A stretch of 29,020 bases of DNA from Clostridia bacterium. GTDB taxonomy: Bacteria > Bacillota > Clostridia > Oscillospirales > Acutalibacteraceae. How positions within the stretch are numbered: the first letter of the stretch is position 1; the number at the start of each line of letters is the position of its first letter. Below are positions 27,176-29,020 of the stretch, one piece after another. Position numbers and translations under genes: made by a program. The stretch lies in assembly GCA_030536195.1 (NCBI GenBank), contig JAUNQL010000001.1, positions 1 through 29,020 of the forward strand, given 5' to 3'. Below the pieces are notes generated by a model. It did no database searches, was not told where the DNA came from, and saw only the letters and a program-made list of their open reading frames with translations.

Positions 27176-27583
27176 TTAGTTGTTCTTTGGGTTAACGATG
27201 TCACGCCAATCAAGGTCACCACGTGCAAGTGAGTGGATGAGTGCCTCTGCTGTTGCAATGTTGGTTGCAACTGGGATGTTGTGTACGTTGCAAAGTCTCA
27301 AAAGATTGGCCTCGTTAGGCTCGTTTGGCTTTGGATTAAGTGGATCGCCAAACATCAAAAGAAGGTCGATTTCATTACATGCAATTCGAGAAGCAATCTG
27401 TTGCTCGCCACCCTGAGAACCACTTAAAAATCTCTGGATTTCAAGACCTGTTGCCTCAGACACAATTTTACCTGTAGTTCCTGTTGCACAGAGAGTGTGC
27501 TTGGACAAAATTCCACAGTAAGCTATACAGAACTGTGTCATAAGTTCCTTTTTAACATCATGTGCAATAATTGCGATGTTCAT
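27176..27583 (-). CDS. mgsA: Methylglyoxal synthase homolog with substituted catalytic residues
   Basis: IAHD.KK, ATGTTG, SG.QGG.QQI, DPL, LLRLC..HNIPVATN.ATAE; start set at ATG 27583 after GGGAGG. Confidence 0.88.
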   Translation of the reverse strand: MNIAIIAHDVKKELMTQFCIAYCGILSKHTLCATGTTGKIVSEATGLEIQRFLSGSQGGEQQIASRIACNEIDLLLMFGDPLNPKPNEPNEANLLRLCNVHNIPVATNIATAEALIHSLARGDLDWRDIVNPKNN

Positions 27584-27625
27584 CGTTATGCCTCCCGATA
27601 GATACACATTTACTAGGTAAAGTCT

Positions 27626-27654
27626 ATTTTAACATAAAATACACACGTGAACAA
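27626..27654 (-). promoter_or_regulatory. Probable promoter of the mgsA-like gene
   Basis: TTGTTC-17 nt-TAAAAT with TGn extension. Confidence 0.5.
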
Positions 27655-27678
27655 TAGGTTTTTGTAAAAATTAAACAA

Positions 27679-28410
27679 TCAAAGCTTGAGTGGAACGTGC
27701 TCGCCCTCGAGTCGACGTGCCACACGTTTCATTGCTTTTACAGCTTTGCCATTTGGATCAACAAGCTCACCGTTTTGCATTGACAAAACGAGGCCCTTGT
27801 CCTCTGGTACTACGCCAACAAGCTGAACGCCAGTTGCATCAACAACCTCATCGATGTTGAGTGCTCTTCCTCCGAGCACTACACCCTTTTGGAAGCGGTT
27901 AATGATGAGCCTTGCTTCAACACCCGCGTCGGCTGCCTTCTCAGCAGCAACACCTGCGCTTCTAACACAGACATTATCCGGTGTAGAAACAATAATAGCC
28001 ATATCCGCAACGCCAAGAGCAGCCTCAAAAATTGGGCCGACGCCCGCTGGGCAGTCCAAGATAATATAATCAAACTCGTGGTCGTAGATTGATACGAGCT
28101 TACGCATGTCCGCTGCTGAAACATCAACGTCATACGTTGGCGCAGCAAGGAGTTTTGGACCACCAGTGGTAATGAGGGCAGACCTTGTATCTATGTTGCC
28201 CTCGATAATGTCATACCAGTCATAGAGCACAAGGCTGCTGACAGACAACATAATATCAAGTGTTCTAAGTTCAACATCACAGTCTATCATCAAAACCTGA
28301 TACCCTTGAGAACAGAGTATCTTGGCATAAGTAGTGGAGAGAGTTGATTTGCCAACTCCACCCTTTCCGGATGTAAACAATATTTTCTTTCCTGACAAAT
28401 CGCGACGCAT
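27679..28410 (-). CDS. minD: MinD-like ATPase (C-terminally short, divergent)
   Basis: Deviant Walker A SGKGGVGKS, IDCD..LR.LD, DYIILDCPAG, LIINR, GVVPED; located directly after a PBP gene. Confidence 0.8.
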   Translation of the reverse strand: MRRDLSGKKILFTSGKGGVGKSTLSTTYAKILCSQGYQVLMIDCDVELRTLDIMLSVSSLVLYDWYDIIEGNIDTRSALITTGGPKLLAAPTYDVDVSAADMRKLVSIYDHEFDYIILDCPAGVGPIFEAALGVADMAIIVSTPDNVCVRSAGVAAEKAADAGVEARLIINRFQKGVVLGGRALNIDEVVDATGVQLVGVVPEDKGLVLSMQNGELVDPNGKAVKAMKRVARRLEGEHVPLKL

Positions 28411-28423
28411 ATCATTTACCCCC

Positions 28424-29020
28424 TTACTTGATTACTGTGTTGTATTGCTGAACTGATTGAAGTTCTTTCTCTGAGAAATAGTAGTTGTAAATATCCGCAG
28501 CAATTGATGCGGTCAAAGCACCTTGGTTTGCTGTCTCAACAACGATAGCTATTGCTATCTCTGGCTTTTCATATGGTGCGTATGTGATAAGGAAACCGTT
28601 GTTTCCTTCGTAAATTACACCATCAATTTTCTTGGCAACCTCTGATGTACCAGTCTTGGCAGCAGCCTTGACTGGGATGTTGGCAAACGCATCTTTACAG
28701 AAGCCCTCGTGAGCAACCTTGTACATGCCCTCTTGAACCAACTTGAGGTTGTGCTTGTCTATACCAAGTTCGCTCTCTACTACAGGGTCCTTCGTCAAAA
28801 CAGTTTCGCTATAGTCGTAAGTCAAAATTGCCTTAACAAAATGCGGAATATACTTGGTGCCACCATTCGCAAGAGTTGCACAATAGTTGCACATCTGAAG
28901 AATTGTAAACTGGTGATCAGACTGACCAATAGCTGCCTGAACTGTATCACCTGGGTGCCACGTGCCACCCTGAGACTCACGGTATTCCTTACCAGCAAGG
29001 ATACACTCAGCCTCACTTAT
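28424..29020 (-). CDS. Class B penicillin-binding protein, PBP2/MrdA-like (3' part; runs off the window edge)
   Basis: Frame is open to the edge: GDTVQAAIGQS...QM..Y.ATLANGG...AAKTGTSE...NGFLITYAPYEKPEIAIAIVVE; mrdA identity inferred from the adjacent minD. Confidence 0.88.
   Translation of the reverse strand: MSEAECILAGKEYRESQGGTWHPGDTVQAAIGQSDHQFTILQMCNYCATLANGGTKYIPHFVKAILTYDYSETVLTKDPVVESELGIDKHNLKLVQEGMYKVAHEGFCKDAFANIPVKAAAKTGTSEVAKKIDGVIYEGNNGFLITYAPYEKPEIAIAIVVETANQGALTASIAADIYNYYFSEKELQSVQQYNTVIK

Noticed and set aside
1-29020. CRISPR arrays, transposases, integrases, toxin-antitoxin or defence genes, riboswitches
   Set aside because: No regularly spaced repeat-spacer array, and no ORF or leader with recognisable motifs for these classes.

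Overview
Core-genome window from a Clostridia-type Firmicute; the gene set and neighbourhoods suggest an Oscillospiraceae/Ruminococcus-like gut anaerobe (inference). Bases 1-9610 hold a complete, canonically ordered S10-spc ribosomal protein operon on the minus strand (rpsJ to rplO, then the 5' part of secY), with a structured leader and a sigma-A promoter. Next come rarA, a ~500 bp AT-rich intergenic region dense in CACG/CGTG repeats, an 8-oxoguanine glycosylase, tRNA-Glu and tRNA-Met, a HAD phosphatase, a DUF1624 membrane protein and nth. A probable six-gene minus-strand operon follows (two ThrE-family subunits, YhhN, ArsP_2, pyk, NifX-like protein), then an EF-G paralog with degenerate GTPase motifs, an extended SDR, a stand-alone Cys-motif sensory domain flanked by twin hairpins, hisS-aspS and a pbp-minD-mgsA cluster. 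I found no mobile element, CRISPR array or defence system. The most intriguing signals are at the right end. The MinD-like ATPase has lost its membrane-targeting tail and the MinC/MinE-contact residues, and no minC or minE is adjacent. The neighbouring MgsA homolog has its catalytic acid/base residues replaced while the phosphate-binding residues are kept. All motif comparisons were made by eye against recalled reference sequences; no database searches were run.
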